The notes beneath the pieces were generated by a model, which saw only the letters and a list, made by a program, of their open reading frames with translations, ran no database searches and had not been told where the DNA came from. Shown piece by piece: positions 1 through 13,400 of a stretch of DNA of 64,000 nt. The translations under genes were made by a program, and so were the position numbers. Every line of letters begins with the position of its first letter. Position 1 is the stretch's first letter. The stretch comes from Hormiphora californensis (lineage: Eukaryota > Animalia > Ctenophora): assembly GCA_020137815.1 (NCBI GenBank), contig CM035351.1:9114001-9178000 (forward strand). Reading direction: 5' to 3'.

Positions 1-3000
1 CGAAATAAATGTGGACATGCTCCACAAAAAAAGCTAAAACTGTGGTCTAGATACGCATTGTGACGTGGCTTGGACTCACGACCGCGAAAGGCAATTGTTT
101 CCCATGTAATTCAGTACAACAATGGTAACCGCAATACATGCTACATGCTCCATCACTTGTTTTTCTTATCCGGACCCCAAAGGCTATTTTTGTTTTTACC
201 CCCGCAACATACAGACATGCATAAAGTCACGATTATAGGGTGATAAAGGAAGTTAACACAAGGTTATTACGAAAAGGACGTAGTACTTCTTCTCTCTAAG
301 ATAAATTCATCTGGAGTGATGATCCACCATTCCAACTCAAACTTTCTCAATTCCACCCTGTTTTTCCACCCCCCCTAGTCCTTTGCCCTTGCTTCAATGC
401 CCAATGAATAACTGATTACCATCTTAATTTGAATTCAATGCCCAACGATTACCATTTGAATTCAATGAATCTCATTCCCTCCCTGAGAGCCCATATATTT
501 CCCACGGGGAGGGGGCGAGGAATCGGGGAAGCTGCGTGGGAGAGTTAGGTCCGATACCATGGTGTGTGTGTGTGTGTGTGAGGTACCACACTAGTGTTAT
601 ACACATCCTGACAGGAGGTGTGAGTGCAGCACGCCCGGTAACAACACAGCCTGTCTGCCACAACATCTAGAAGGAGGAAGAGGAAGCAAGACAGCTAAAA
701 TCACGTTTTAATCGGGAAAAACCGGCCTTTTACTAAAATTATCGGGTGTTTTTTTGAGGGGGTAGTGCCCGTGGGGGTGTAGTTTATTCCTTAAAAATGT
801 GAGGGGTTTTGTAACACATTAAATATGGAGGGAAGATAGGGAATAGATGTGGCGGGAAAAGACAAAGAGATGAGAGGGGTATAATTATTCAAGTTGACGA
901 TTTGGAGGAAAAGGGGGCCCAAAAAAGGGAAAAAAATGATTGCTAAAAATGATTATAAATTCCCCGTTCCCCAAATAAAAAATACTTCCATCCCTTTTAT
1001 CCCTCTATTGTCCTAGGCTAGACGCATCGGAATAGGAGTGGAGAGAGGAAAGGAGGGGAGGGGAAAGGAGGGGGGTAGGAGAGAGAGAGGGGGGGGGGGA
1101 GGGGAGGAGAAAAGGGAGAAAGGGAAAAAAGAAGAGAGAAAGGGGGAAAGTTTTTACGTTTTTAAAAAATTGCCGGGGGAAAGTAATGAGGAATTTTTAA
1201 TCCCCCGGGTTCTTTCTAACCCTTCATTCCTTTTCTCTCTCTTCCCCGACATCCCCCGCTACTTCAAACTGATTGCCAAACAATCCCCGGTCCTCTTCCC
1301 CCTCCCTCCCCCCCTCTCCCTCCCCTCCCTCCTTCCCCCCTTTTTCTCAAAACCCTCTTTTTCTCTCCCTTCCCCTCTTCCCCCTTCTCGTCCTTCCCTT
1401 TTCCCCCCCCTTGCCCCCTTTTCTCCCCCTTCCTTTTCCCTCCTCCTCTCCCCTATCCCCCTTCCTTCCCTTTCTTGGGGCGTCTCTTTCTTCTCTTGCT
1501 TCTCTCCCTTTCTCCTTCTTTTTTTTCCTCTCTCTCTCTTTCCCCCTGCGGGGGGTGGGGGGGAAAAGATTGCCACAGAGCTGCCCGCGGTTGCAGGGAG
1601 TAAAGGCGAGGGGGGGGGAATTGGCCAATTTAAAAGAACCCCCCGACCCTCTCCCCCTCACAACCCCCTCTCCCCCTTCTTCCTTCTTCTTCTCTTTTCC
1701 TCTCTCTCTCCCCTCCTCTCTCCCTCTTCTCTCCCCCCCCTGTCTATTGCCCCCACTATCTTATTCTCTTTTTTCCCCTCGGGGACTTTGTGACGAGAAG
1801 GTTCCCGACAATTACAACCCATATGTTTGTCTGTCCACTCACACCCCCACATAGTTTAGTAAAAAGGGATAATATTTGGTAAGTAGGAAGGGGGGGCTCG
1901 GTGAAGTGAGAATTTTAGACATGCTACTTGAAATGCATGCATGTGAGATGAATATTACGTGGTCACACTAGCACTTGAAGGTGGAAGTGTGTAGTACACT
2001 CCCAGGGTCTTCCCATTGTCTAGGCATTGTAGGGTGCAAGAGTTTAAATAATGAAGGAGCAGATCTGTGTGGAGGGCTAGACGGGCACATCCGGGCTACT
2101 GCAGCAGAACATGTGTCTCCCGTCTCGTTAAGATCGCTTTATGGAACGCGCCGACACTCTCACATAGAATGAATCGCGCGCGTTTTGTAGATTTAACCGC
2201 GCGCGCGCGCTCAACATAGAGAGGTCCTCTCAGAGTCTCAACCGGTTTTTCCAAGAATTGCAGCGACACGGGGAAGAAAGGTCGATTCTCAGAAGCTCAT
2301 CTAAGATGCCGTTCTTCGATTCAATGTGTACTGTCATTTCGTGTGGAGACCTTTAGTGTGTGAGTTGTGTGTGTTGCTCGTGTTTCTTGTTTTGTTGAGG
2401 TATGGGGGTTTGGGCCCAAAGGGAAACGGTTAAAAACCGATCCTGGGGTTTCTGGAAAAAAGAACCTTCAGTTCATAGGTATGAGGTATAATACCCCTTT
2501 ATTTGAATTTCAAGTGTCGGTTTTTTTCCCCAATTTACCGTCGGGAAACTAGAAGCCTCGTAATTCTACCTAAAGTTTAAAAATGTTAAAAAAGTTACTG
2601 TGCCACGTAGTTCACTGATAATTCTGGGTACTTTTTGTTAGTACAGTGGTGCGACAAGGTTTACAAATTTGGACGAGAAAAAAAAGTTCCCAAAAAAGGG
2701 AAAAGAGCCTCCCCTCCCCAAACCCTTGGCCCAGTGTATTAGGAGACTTTTTGGAAAGGGGGCGGGAAAGGGGGGGGGGGGGGGGGGGGGGCAAAAAAAA
2801 AAAAAAAACAAAAAAAAAGTAAGGGTGGGGGGTTTTGAGATTTACGGGGAAAAAAAAAAAAAAAAAAAAAAAAATTTTTCCAAAAAAACCCACAAACCAG
2901 GGGAAAGGGGTGGGGGGGGGGGGGGCTGGTTTTTTAGGGTTTTGGGGGGGTAGTGGGGGGGGAAAGGGGGGCCCGGGGGGGGGGGGGGGGGGGGGGGGGG

Positions 3001-4423
3001 GGTTTAAGTGGTTTTTGGGGAAAAAAAAACCCCAAAAAAACCACAAAACAAAAAAACACCAACAAAAAAAACCCCCACAAAAAGGGAGAAAAAAAAGGGG
3101 AAAGGGAAAAGGAAAAGTCCCCCCCCCCCCAAAAAAACCCCCCCACAAAACCCCCCAAAGGAATTTTTTTCCTTTGACGGTTTTTATTCCCCTTATACCC
3201 CCCCCCCCCCCCCCAAAAAGCCCCGGGGGTAAGTAAAAAAATTTTTTTTTTGTGGTCCCTTTTTTCTCCAGTTTTAGGGTTTTTTTAAAAAAATTTCTTT
3301 TTTTAAAATTTAAAATAAAATTTTTAAAAAAATTTTTTTTCACAAATCCCGGGATCGGCCCCCCGGGAAAAAGGGGCCCAAACCCTTTTTTTTTATTTTT
3401 TTTTTGATTAAATTAAAAACAAAAAAAAATTTTAAGAGAGCCAAAAAGTTTTTTTTTTTTGTGTTCATGTTAAACAACCCCCCCCTCCACTATAATAATT
3501 GTCTTTGAAGGCCCCTTCATTGGGCCAGGGCTGCGACTTGTGAAGTTATCTGTCACGGACAGATCTTATGTTTTCCTTTATTCAGTTCATGTTATTTATC
3601 GTTTCCCTTTTTTGTCCTCAAGTTTAATGACACATTCCAGGAGATCATTGTAGCTCGCCGTGATACCTCTCTGTCTGAGAGGGTGGGAAGGGTGTGTTAG
3701 GATATCATTAGAGACGATATTTTAGCCAGGTATCTGGGCTACTGATCATGGTTTATTATTATGATCAGCTCTAGTGAAGGGTGATTGGAAACATTAGCCA
3801 AACATTACTAAACTAACCTAATGGCATCGTTAGCCAGCTGTCTCCAGTTACTGTATCCCAACCTTTGGCAGTATGACTCGAATCGCTCCCTCTTGTGTCG
3901 ACTGGAAAGGAATTGTGTTAGATGGGACAGGAGACAGGACATGAGATAGTAACTTGGTAGTTTAAACACAGATGTACACACGTGTACATTATCACGTGTA
4001 CATTATCACGTGTACATTATTGCATGTGTTATACTTACTCTGATTGGCATGCTCTATCATGGTTCTTCTTATCACTTTCATTAGAAAACCTCTTACCGCA
4101 GAATCGACAATCAATCATTGTAGTATTATAGCTGTGAAACGGATGGACATATTAGTTATTATGTTACATTTTTAGCTTAATTTAATTAGGGAATTACTTC
4201 AACAACAAAAACAATAACTTCATATTTTATCAATGATTACAACGCTATTAGGTCGCAGGCTAAAATTGTACCCCTCTCTCTCTCTATCTATCTTGCCCTC
4301 TCTTTCTATCCCTCTCTCTCTCCCTCTCTGTCTCTCCTGCCCCCTCTGCATCATAGAGTACACACACGTTACAATTCATCCTCACGATGCGATGGCCACA
4401 CCGCTAACGGACTCTATTTTCAG

Positions 4424-7400
4424 TGATATTTGGAGATCAGAGATGCTGGTCAAATATAAAGGGAGACGAGATGGTCGTACCATCAAACTGCACCGCTAAT
4501 TATTGTTCCCGGTGCTATTACAATAAGAATGTTAGGGACTACCGGACCAAATACATGTCCTATAATGACAACAGGTCAGTACATAAACCGGGGGTTTAAA
4601 AAAATGCTTTACAATTCAACCCCGGGGTGGGGGCCCCCAAAAAAATTTGGAATAAAACAGCAGTATTTGAAGCACGTTAACCGGGTCCCAAGTAAAACCC
4701 CAGCAGTGAAAGGAAAATTTTTTTATAGGGTAGCCCATTGTTTTAAAAGAAGGGTCAAAAAACAAAGATAAACCCCCCGATGAAGTTTTTGGGAGGGGTT
4801 TTTGTTCTTTTTTGCATTGTTTTTAATTGAAAATTTAAAAAGTTAATTTTTCCTATCATAAACCCATGTTTCCTTTTATTTGGACCCTAAGATATTGTTT
4901 ATCATCAAATAATGTTTGGAAATTCATGAATAGTTTTGCATTTGTTGGCCCCAGCACTAAACTTTTTAATTTTTTATTTTGTTCAAAACCCTCCTTTAAA
5001 AGAAAATGGGGTTGAGCAAGGCCGGAATTTAATATTTTTTCTTTTTGGGAAAAAGAAAAGTTGACCCAAAGGAAAAGTAGCATATTTCGGGGGGGAAATA
5101 TTATAGAATTCATCAATGAATGGGTTCAAAGCTAATAAATTGAAAAAAATTTTGGGAAAGTTGATTTAAAAACAATAAAGAAATTTAAAAAAAAGAATTA
5201 CCAGATTAAAAATGTTTTCCATATTTTTAAATAATTAACAAATTTCACAAAAATTTATCACTTGTTTTGAGTTTACAGCTCGCAAAACCGTTATTTAAAA
5301 TTTTCAATGGGCTAAAAATTTCAGGGGGTTAAAAACCCGGGTAGGGGGAAGAGGGGGAAAGGAAAAAAAAAGGTGGTTTTTGCCCAGTCGCCCGAAAGAG
5401 TAAAGTAAGGGCACAAAAACCTATTATAAAAAGTTTTCAAAAAAAAATTTCTTCATGGGGTTTGATATATGTCAATGTGGGGCCCAACATTCACGGACCC
5501 TTGAAAAAAAGGGGGGGGGTTTGGTTTGCTAGGGGAAAATATTCTTAGCATTTGTTTTGCCAGGGAAAAAAGATTTGCAAAGGGTAGTTTCAGGTAGAAA
5601 ATATTGACGGCCCAAAAGAGAGCATTGGGGGGGGGGGGGGCGTTTCTACATCGGAAAGTTTGTAAGTTTTTTGGGGGGGGGAAAAAAAATTAATTTTCAG
5701 GATTCACATCACTTCCGGCCCTTTAAAACGAACTAAATTTCTTTACGAAAAAAACAAAAAACTAAAAATTTTAGAACTAAATTCTAAAATTTCTGAAAAC
5801 CGGGATCAAATTATTTTTAAAAAGCTGGTTAACAGCAAACCAGCCGCCTCCCGGCCCATTTTTTAAAATGCTTTTTTCCCTCCCCTCCCCCCCTTTCCTT
5901 CTTTGTTTAAGCCCAAACTATCGTCTGGCCCGGATAATAGGACCCCCCGCCAACTTCAAATTTGAAGTTTAAATTTTAAAACCCTTCCCTTATAAACCAA
6001 ATTTAGCCACCCCCCTTAAAAAGATTGTTTTTTTGAAAACCTGCGGATTTTTGTGGGAAACTACAACAGAGTTATGCTCTCCATTGAAGAGAGGCCGGGG
6101 TTTCATTTGGGTAAACAGCGACACTAAAAAACTACAAATTACAGGGGGTTGCCAGATCCGAAAGGTGAAAACTATTGAGTATTGATAGCTCGGTAGTTTT
6201 GATATATATTTTTTAAGTTTGGGAAAAAAGGGAAAATTTTAAAAAAATTTGGGGTTTTCACGGATTTAGCGCAGCTGCAAAAATGGGGAAAAAATGGGCA
6301 TCCCTTTTGGGCCTACCGCCGCAAAAAAAACCCCATCCAAGCAGGGAAATTTTGATTTATTTTTTCCGGCCCCAAAAAGGGTTTTTAAAACACCCTCCCC
6401 CTCTTTTTAAGGTGAACAACCTAGGGCAAGGTCGAAGGATGGTAGGGCCCAGGGGTCTCCCGAATAAAGGAGGTGGAGCCCCGCTTTTTGGCCCGAACCC
6501 GGATTTTTGCGGGTTTTCTATGGTCGCCCCGAGAATCTAGCAATTTTTCTTTTATCATGAGGGGAAAAGGGGTTGGGGGAAAATACGATTGTGGGGTTTT
6601 TTGCCGCCAAGTAGAATCTAAGGAGGTGATTTAACAATAATTCCAACATCTCAGATCGGAAAGATAGAAGGAAAGGACGGGTTCTTCAAAGGCTTCACGA
6701 ATGTAGTCCTAACTACCCAGGACTGGTTAAACAGAGCTAAATTTGTTGCCAGTTTTGACAGTGGCGACTATGCCTACTTCTTCTTCCAGGAAATTGAATA
6801 CACAGCTCTCATAGCTGGGGACGACAAAAACGTAAGCAGTAAGGGTACAAATAAAAATGTCATTAAATCAAGTTTGCACAGCTTGTAAAAGAAAACTATT
6901 GTGTTTTTAGGACCGATAAAAAACTATTGCGTTTCTAGTACCCACTGGCCTGATATAAAACTATTTCGTTTCTAGTACCCACTGGCCTGATATAAAACTA
7001 TTTCGTTTCTAGTACTCACAGGCCTGATATAAAACTATTTTAGGTGGTTGTGTCAAGGATAGCTAGGGTCTGTAAGGAGGACGGTGGGGCGGATGTTGGA
7101 CCCGGACATCTTGGTATAAAGGATTTCAGTCGGCAATGGAGGACATTTGTGAAGGCCGAGATTTACTGCGAGAATAAGGTTGAGGACAGCACATTTGGCA
7201 CCCAATCCTTTAAATACAAGCGAATAGGTAAATGTCGGACCCCGATTTAACGGCCCCCGATTTAGCGGCACCCCGATTTAACGGCAGGATAAATTTCCCC
7301 CAAAAATTTTTTGAACATTTTTTTTGAAATTCTTTTTTTTGAATTTTTTTTCAAAGGTGTATCAACCACGTCCGAATCGTGTTACGAATCGATGCATCTT

Positions 7401-10400
7401 ATTGCATGTCTTACCAGTAATTAGACGGTTCAAAACAACAAATATGTGATCCCCATGGGGCCCATCGAATCGCAAGTTTACCAAGCGTCAAAATTACGAT
7501 TCGATGGGGATCACGTATCGGTTCGTTTCTAATTAGCGACAGGACGTGCGATAAGATGCACTAATAATAATTCCAATCACGATTCGAACGTGGTCGATAT
7601 ATGTACCTTAGAAAAATTTTCACAACTTTTTTTAAATTAAAAAAAAATCTGTTTCTAATCAGAAATGATCATATAAACAATACATGGTCATTGCATTTAA
7701 CACTTAGAGGTGTTTTAGTACAGCATTTTGGACAAAAATAGGGTTTTATGGGCCAAATATGCTCTACCCCGATTTAACGGACACCCCGATTTAACGGACA
7801 AAACCCTTTCCCCCGAGGGTGCCGTTAAATCGGGGTCCGACTGTACATAGACAATTTGATGAATGTGTATTACAGGGAGTAAAATCCGGGATTTAGGGCC
7901 GGGATTTTAAATCCTCCTCACTAAACCCAATAATTCGCCACATTTGTATCGGATAAAATGTATCCTTGGAAACCGGTTTTCGTGCTGTTGCTTTGAGTAG
8001 CCTAGCGGGATGTATAATCCCGGATAACCTGGATATTTGATGTTTTCTAGATACTTAGCCGGATAGTCAAGTTAGGATAAGCAAAAATATTAAGTCAGGA
8101 TAACTGGGATATATCCCGGATAACTCGGATAATCGGCTATCGGGCTATCCATGTTATCCGGGATTATACATACCACCCACCGTGTCAACGCTACAAATTA
8201 AAAAATTAAGTATGAAAAATTCAACCGGTGCTGCACGGTGTCCAGTTACTTCAAATCCCCTGACAGATCCTATACCCCCTACACCCTACCTAACACCCTA
8301 CACCCTACCTAACACCCCTTCCCAGGTGATGCAGTTCTAGACACCACTACCGGCAAGAAGATCCTCTACGCTTCCTTCTCTGCCGGTGACACCAGTGCTA
8401 GTGGCTCGGTAGTGTGCTCATACGATCTGGATACCATAGATGAGGGATTCAACTCCGACTACTACAAACAACCAACTGATGTGCCCATCCAGGAGCGGGC
8501 TAGAAGGCCCCCTACCTGCAAGGACATGGCCAATACTAGCAACACCGATCGGGTAAGAGCCATCTTTAACCGCTATATATAGCATATATATATAGGTAAA
8601 GTTGGGATTAGGCTGGCTAGGTCAACCAGGCTCAGACTGCCTAAAATACCTGGGTATGTTCGTTTTATAGTGTATCGTCATCTGCCTCACGCTGTTCCCC
8701 TCATCGCGAATCATTCACTCTTTCCGTTTCCTTAGATGGTCTCTCTCTAGCTCTCGTCTCTCGTAGCGCTCCATCTAAGCAAACGATATCTCTCATATCC
8801 TCTCCTTTCTCGACATATTGTCTATAGTGATGTCTCTCTCCTCTCTCCTCTCAATCATCCAGTCTCCTCTCTCCTCTCCCTCTTCCATCTCTCATCTTTC
8901 CCGCCCCTTCTTCTCGCGTCTCTCCCCCTCTTTCTCCTCGCTCCCTCATCCATCATCCTCCTCTCTCTCGTTCTCCTCCACCCTCAACCTCTCTCTCTCT
9001 CGTCTCTCGTGTCCTCTCTCGGATCTCTCGTCTCCATCGGAGCATGACGTCGTGATCCTTCCTCACCCCCCCCCCCCCCTTCTCAAGCGATTCCCTATGT
9101 AGTCCTCTCTCTCCACCCCATCGTCCACCACGTTCATCCGTCGTCGATGCGAGCATCTGTCTCATCTACGGCGTCCCCCCCTGTCCTCTCCCTCCCTCAC
9201 CTCCAAGGTCTCGCATCTCACCTTTTTGGGGGTTTATTCTTCTCGACCCTTCTTCCTTCCTCTCGCTCTGTTTTATCCTCCCCTCTCACTCTCCTCTCTG
9301 ATTCCTCTCTCATCTCAAGTCCCCTCTCCTCGTCTCTCTTCTCTCTCTCGTCTTTCTCTCTGCGTTCTCTGTATCGTCTCTCCTCTTCCTCGTCCGTTTC
9401 CTCTCCTTTAAAAACCTCTTCCCCTCTAATCTCCTCTCTCCTTCAGGTCTCCATCACTCCGGTGCCCCTACTCCCACCCACACATCCTATCTCATCTCTC
9501 CGTCCTCATTTCACCCTCTCATCAACTGCTCCACTCCCCTCCTCTCGGTTCTCTCTCTTCTCGATCCCATCAACTCTCCTAGTGACTCATCTCAGATCGT
9601 CTCTTCTCCCACTCTCAACCCAGTCCCCAGCATCCAATCGTGATCTTCTCTCTCCCAACGTTCTCACCCCCCCCTCCCCCCCCCCCCCCCTCTTCCTCAC
9701 CTCATCTAACCCCGATGCTCTCTCTCTATCTCCATTCTCTCTATCCAGATCGTCTCGTAGCGCCAGTCGTATTCGGTAGGACCCTCCTCCCCGTCTCTAC
9801 CCCTCGTCTCCCAACGTCCGGTCTCCTCCAACCCTCAGTCGAGGACTCGTGCCCTCTCCAATCACAGCGTATCGAGCACTCTCCTCTCACATCCTCCTTC
9901 CCCAACCGTCGGGTAACCAGTTCAGCGGTCGTCGACACTAGTCCATAAACCTCAGGGCCTCTCGCTCATCGAAAAAGGATAATCACGTACCCTCTCACCT
10001 CGTCCACCAACCTCAGGATCTCCTACTCGGTCTTCCGAGTCGTTCAATTTCCTCTCATCGACTCCTCTATCGAACAGCTCTAGTCGTGCTACCTCCCATC
10101 GCGAAGCGTCTGCTCAAGTCACTTCTCCCTTCTGCTCTCTATATCTCGCATAGCGAGACCTCTTAGATCTACGACTCGCGACTCTCTCTCTCTCTTGATT
10201 CTCGGCAGCCCCTCCGGATCTCCTCCTCCTATCCTTCCTTCGAATTGTGAAATCCTTCCTAATCTCATCCAATCTCTCAGGGCTCCGTTTCTCAAGTCTC
10301 CTCTCTCGTCGTCCTCTCCTCCCGTTCCAACAAAAGTCTATCTCACATCTCCATCTCCCCTCACTTTCCGAATCAGGCTACCCCCCTCTAGACTCTCTAT

Positions 10401-13400
10401 CCAAACGCACTCGTCTCGCTCAGCCAAACGTAGCTCCTCCAGTCTCGTTCTCCAGGTCCTCATCTTCAGTCTTCTTCTCGTACAGCTCACTTCGTCCTCC
10501 AAAATACTCTCGCGTATCATCTCTCATCGGCCTCGTCCTGATCTTTTCAGGGGCTTCAACTCCTCTAAACTCATCAGCGGTCACGTCGTCGTTGTTCTCT
10601 TCGGACATCCCGCCTCTCTTCAGCTCCATACTATCCCAATATCATCTCTCGATCCTCTCTCCGCCTCTCTCTCTCAAGTCGTACTCTCCATTCTCTCTCT
10701 GTCTCTTCAAACGCCTCGACCTCAATACTCATCCTCTCTTCCACAACTCTCTCCTCCCTCTCTCACTCGCATTCTCGCCTCTAGCTCCTCCTCTCATATC
10801 AAAGTTTCGCTCCCACCCTTCCTCACCTCCGCCCCCCCCCCTCTCTATGCTCGGTCGCTCCCATTCTCCCCTCTCCGCACCACTGGTCGTTAGCTCTCTC
10901 TCGCGGAGTTAAACTCCAAGGTCTCCTTCTCTCCCTAAAATCTCTGTTCATCGTCTTCTCTCCCCCTCGTGGCTCGGGCCTCCTCTTCTCTCTCAATTCG
11001 CGCAGAAATCTCTCGCGGAAGTCATGTAACTTCTGTGCTGAACCCCTCGTTTCCACTCTCCTCCCTCTTCAGTCATACTTCTCATCCTCTCTCTCATCCC
11101 CTCAATCTCCCATCCTCCCCCCACCCTCCCCCCTCCCCCTTTTTCCCCCCCCCACACCGTCTCCTCATTCAGATTCAGCACCTCTCTCCTCTGTCTCCTC
11201 CGTCATCATACTGACCGGATACTTCTCGTCTAACCCGCCTCAGGGTCGGATCCAAACCCCGCCTCTCTCACTCGTTTCGGCTCTCTCGTCTCTCAGACTC
11301 TTCCACTCCTATCATACGAGTCCTCTCATCCCGCTCGCTCCCTCCCATAATTCGCGTCAGACTCCCAGACATCAATCCTCTCGTCCCTGTTCACTCTCTA
11401 ACTCATTCTCGGCGTTCCCTCCTCCCCAGTTCGGCTGGGGCGAAAGATCTCGTTCTGTCATTCCCTCTCAGCTCATCAGTACCGGTCGTCACGTCCACTG
11501 CTGGCTTCTCGGATGTCGTGGCTCTCTTCATCTCCATCCTCTCCCTCAAGATCCAATACCTCTCTTCACGTCAACCCCAGCAGTTGTTTGACTCCTCCTC
11601 ATTCCCTCCTTGACCCGGCTCCTCATCTCACATGTCCTCATTCAGCTCTATCTCGTCCTATTGGCTCCTCTCACGCGGTCCACCACCCTCTCCCTTGCTC
11701 TCTCTAGAGTTGTCCTCCCTCCGCTCATCGCCTCTCCCTCGTACTCTTCAACTCGCTCTCTATCACGTCGTCGAAGTCCGTCGTCAGTCTTCCACTCTCC
11801 TCAACGCTCATCTCCATGCAGGTACTATAGTCCTCCAGGCCTCCTCCCCCTCTCTCTCTCTCGTCTCTCATTTCTCACCTTACTCCCGTCGTTCCCTAAC
11901 TCCTCTCATTCTCTCCCCATCCCAGCGTCTCGATCACCTTCTTCGCTCTCCGTGTCATCCCCTCGGCGTCTCTCCCCCCCGATTCTTCTCCTCTGCTCCA
12001 TTCTTTTCCCTAACTCAACACATGCTAACTCCTCTCTCTAGTATTCCTCGTCCTCGACTCTCGGCGTCTTCTCTCTCAGCTTCTCCCTCCTGTCGTGTCC
12101 TCATCTACTTCTCACCCGTTCAGGGCTTCCTCGCAAGCTCGCCTTATCTTTTCGCTCCTCTCATTCCCCCCCCCTTATCGGATCAGTACACCTCTCTCCC
12201 ACTCTCCTCGCGAATACCACTCTCATCTTCACCTGCTAACTCGATCTTACTCACTCTCTCCAACGAAACTGCTATCGTGGCTCCTCCATACTCTACCCTC
12301 TCATCATGGCTCTCTCGTACCATTTCCCTCCACTCTTCTCTCTCGCACAAATCTTTCTCCAGCTCCTGGCTCCTATCGCCTCTGCTCCTCTCTAGCCTTC
12401 GTCTCTTCATTCAAAGTCCTCTTCCCAGTCGAATTCTCGTAGATCTGATATAACAATAGACAGCTTCATCACTCTCTCCCTTCTCTCGTCGCGAGCAGAT
12501 TCTCTCACCGCGAAGCTGCCCACGTCCATCCCCCTCGTCGACTCTTTCACGAAACATTTCATGCTCCGGTTATTCTTACATTATTGGTGCCTCCTTCAAG
12601 TGGGGTTCCTCGTACGTCCTCTCCTCTCTCTCACTCCTCGTCCTCTTCTCTCTCTCCTTCCTTATCTCCTTCACTCTTCTTCTCCCTCGCTCGTCAGCTC
12701 GTACCGCCACCTACTCTCCAATCTCTACGTCTCCTCGTCGCCTCTCTCTTAATTACCACATCGCTGTCCATCTATTCTGCACTCTTCGCTCAATTCTTCT
12801 CACGTCTAAGACTTCTTCTCCCGACCACTCTCCCATTCTGTCACCCTACGATCACGTACATCAACCTCTATCCTGGCTCTTGTTTACTCGCATCGCAGTA
12901 TCCCGGTCTCCCTGTATTCACCCCTACCTCACCCCGTTCGCTTCGAATCTTCTCCGAGTTCACAATCGTCTCTCTCTTCCTGTCTCAAACCGTCCACTCT
13001 CAATCCGTCCTCGCCTCTTCTGCATGTCGCTCTCACCTATTCCTCGGTTTGCCTTCGGTCGTCTTCCACCTCTCCATTACCTCGGGGTCCGTGCAACTCT
13101 CATCTAAGTCATCACTCCTCTCTCAATCTCTCCGCTCAGACACCTGCTCAGTCAATCATTTCTCTCTCTCCTCTCGCGACCTTACCAGACTTGTTATTCT
13201 ATACTTCTGCTGCGTGCGATCTCTCCTTCCTACTCTCGACCGGCTACTCGTCGTAACTAATGGGAGCCACTAACTTCCCCGTCTCCGAAGATGAAATAGT
13301 TACTTCTCGGCCGGAAAGCCGTCCTCAGAATCACCATCTTCCACGGCGCCCTCTCTTACCATCCCCTCCCTTCGTCACACTTGTTGTTCTCATAGTCTCG

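Noticed and set aside
280-670. Possible minus-strand exons (VELRKFELEWWIITPDEF..; DVVADRLCCYRACC..)
   Set aside because: Could belong to a gene, but phases and identity could not be established.
1038-3343. Low-complexity ORFs and G/A/C/T runs
   Set aside because: Homopolymer-inflated sequence with no domain signal; the same applies to 31409-32887.
3978-4021. Triple CACGTG (E-box) 14-bp repeat
   Set aside because: Simple local tandem duplication; no independent support for a regulatory role.
6914-7040. CRISPR-like 37-bp repeats
   Set aside because: Head-to-tail with no spacers, in a eukaryotic intron.
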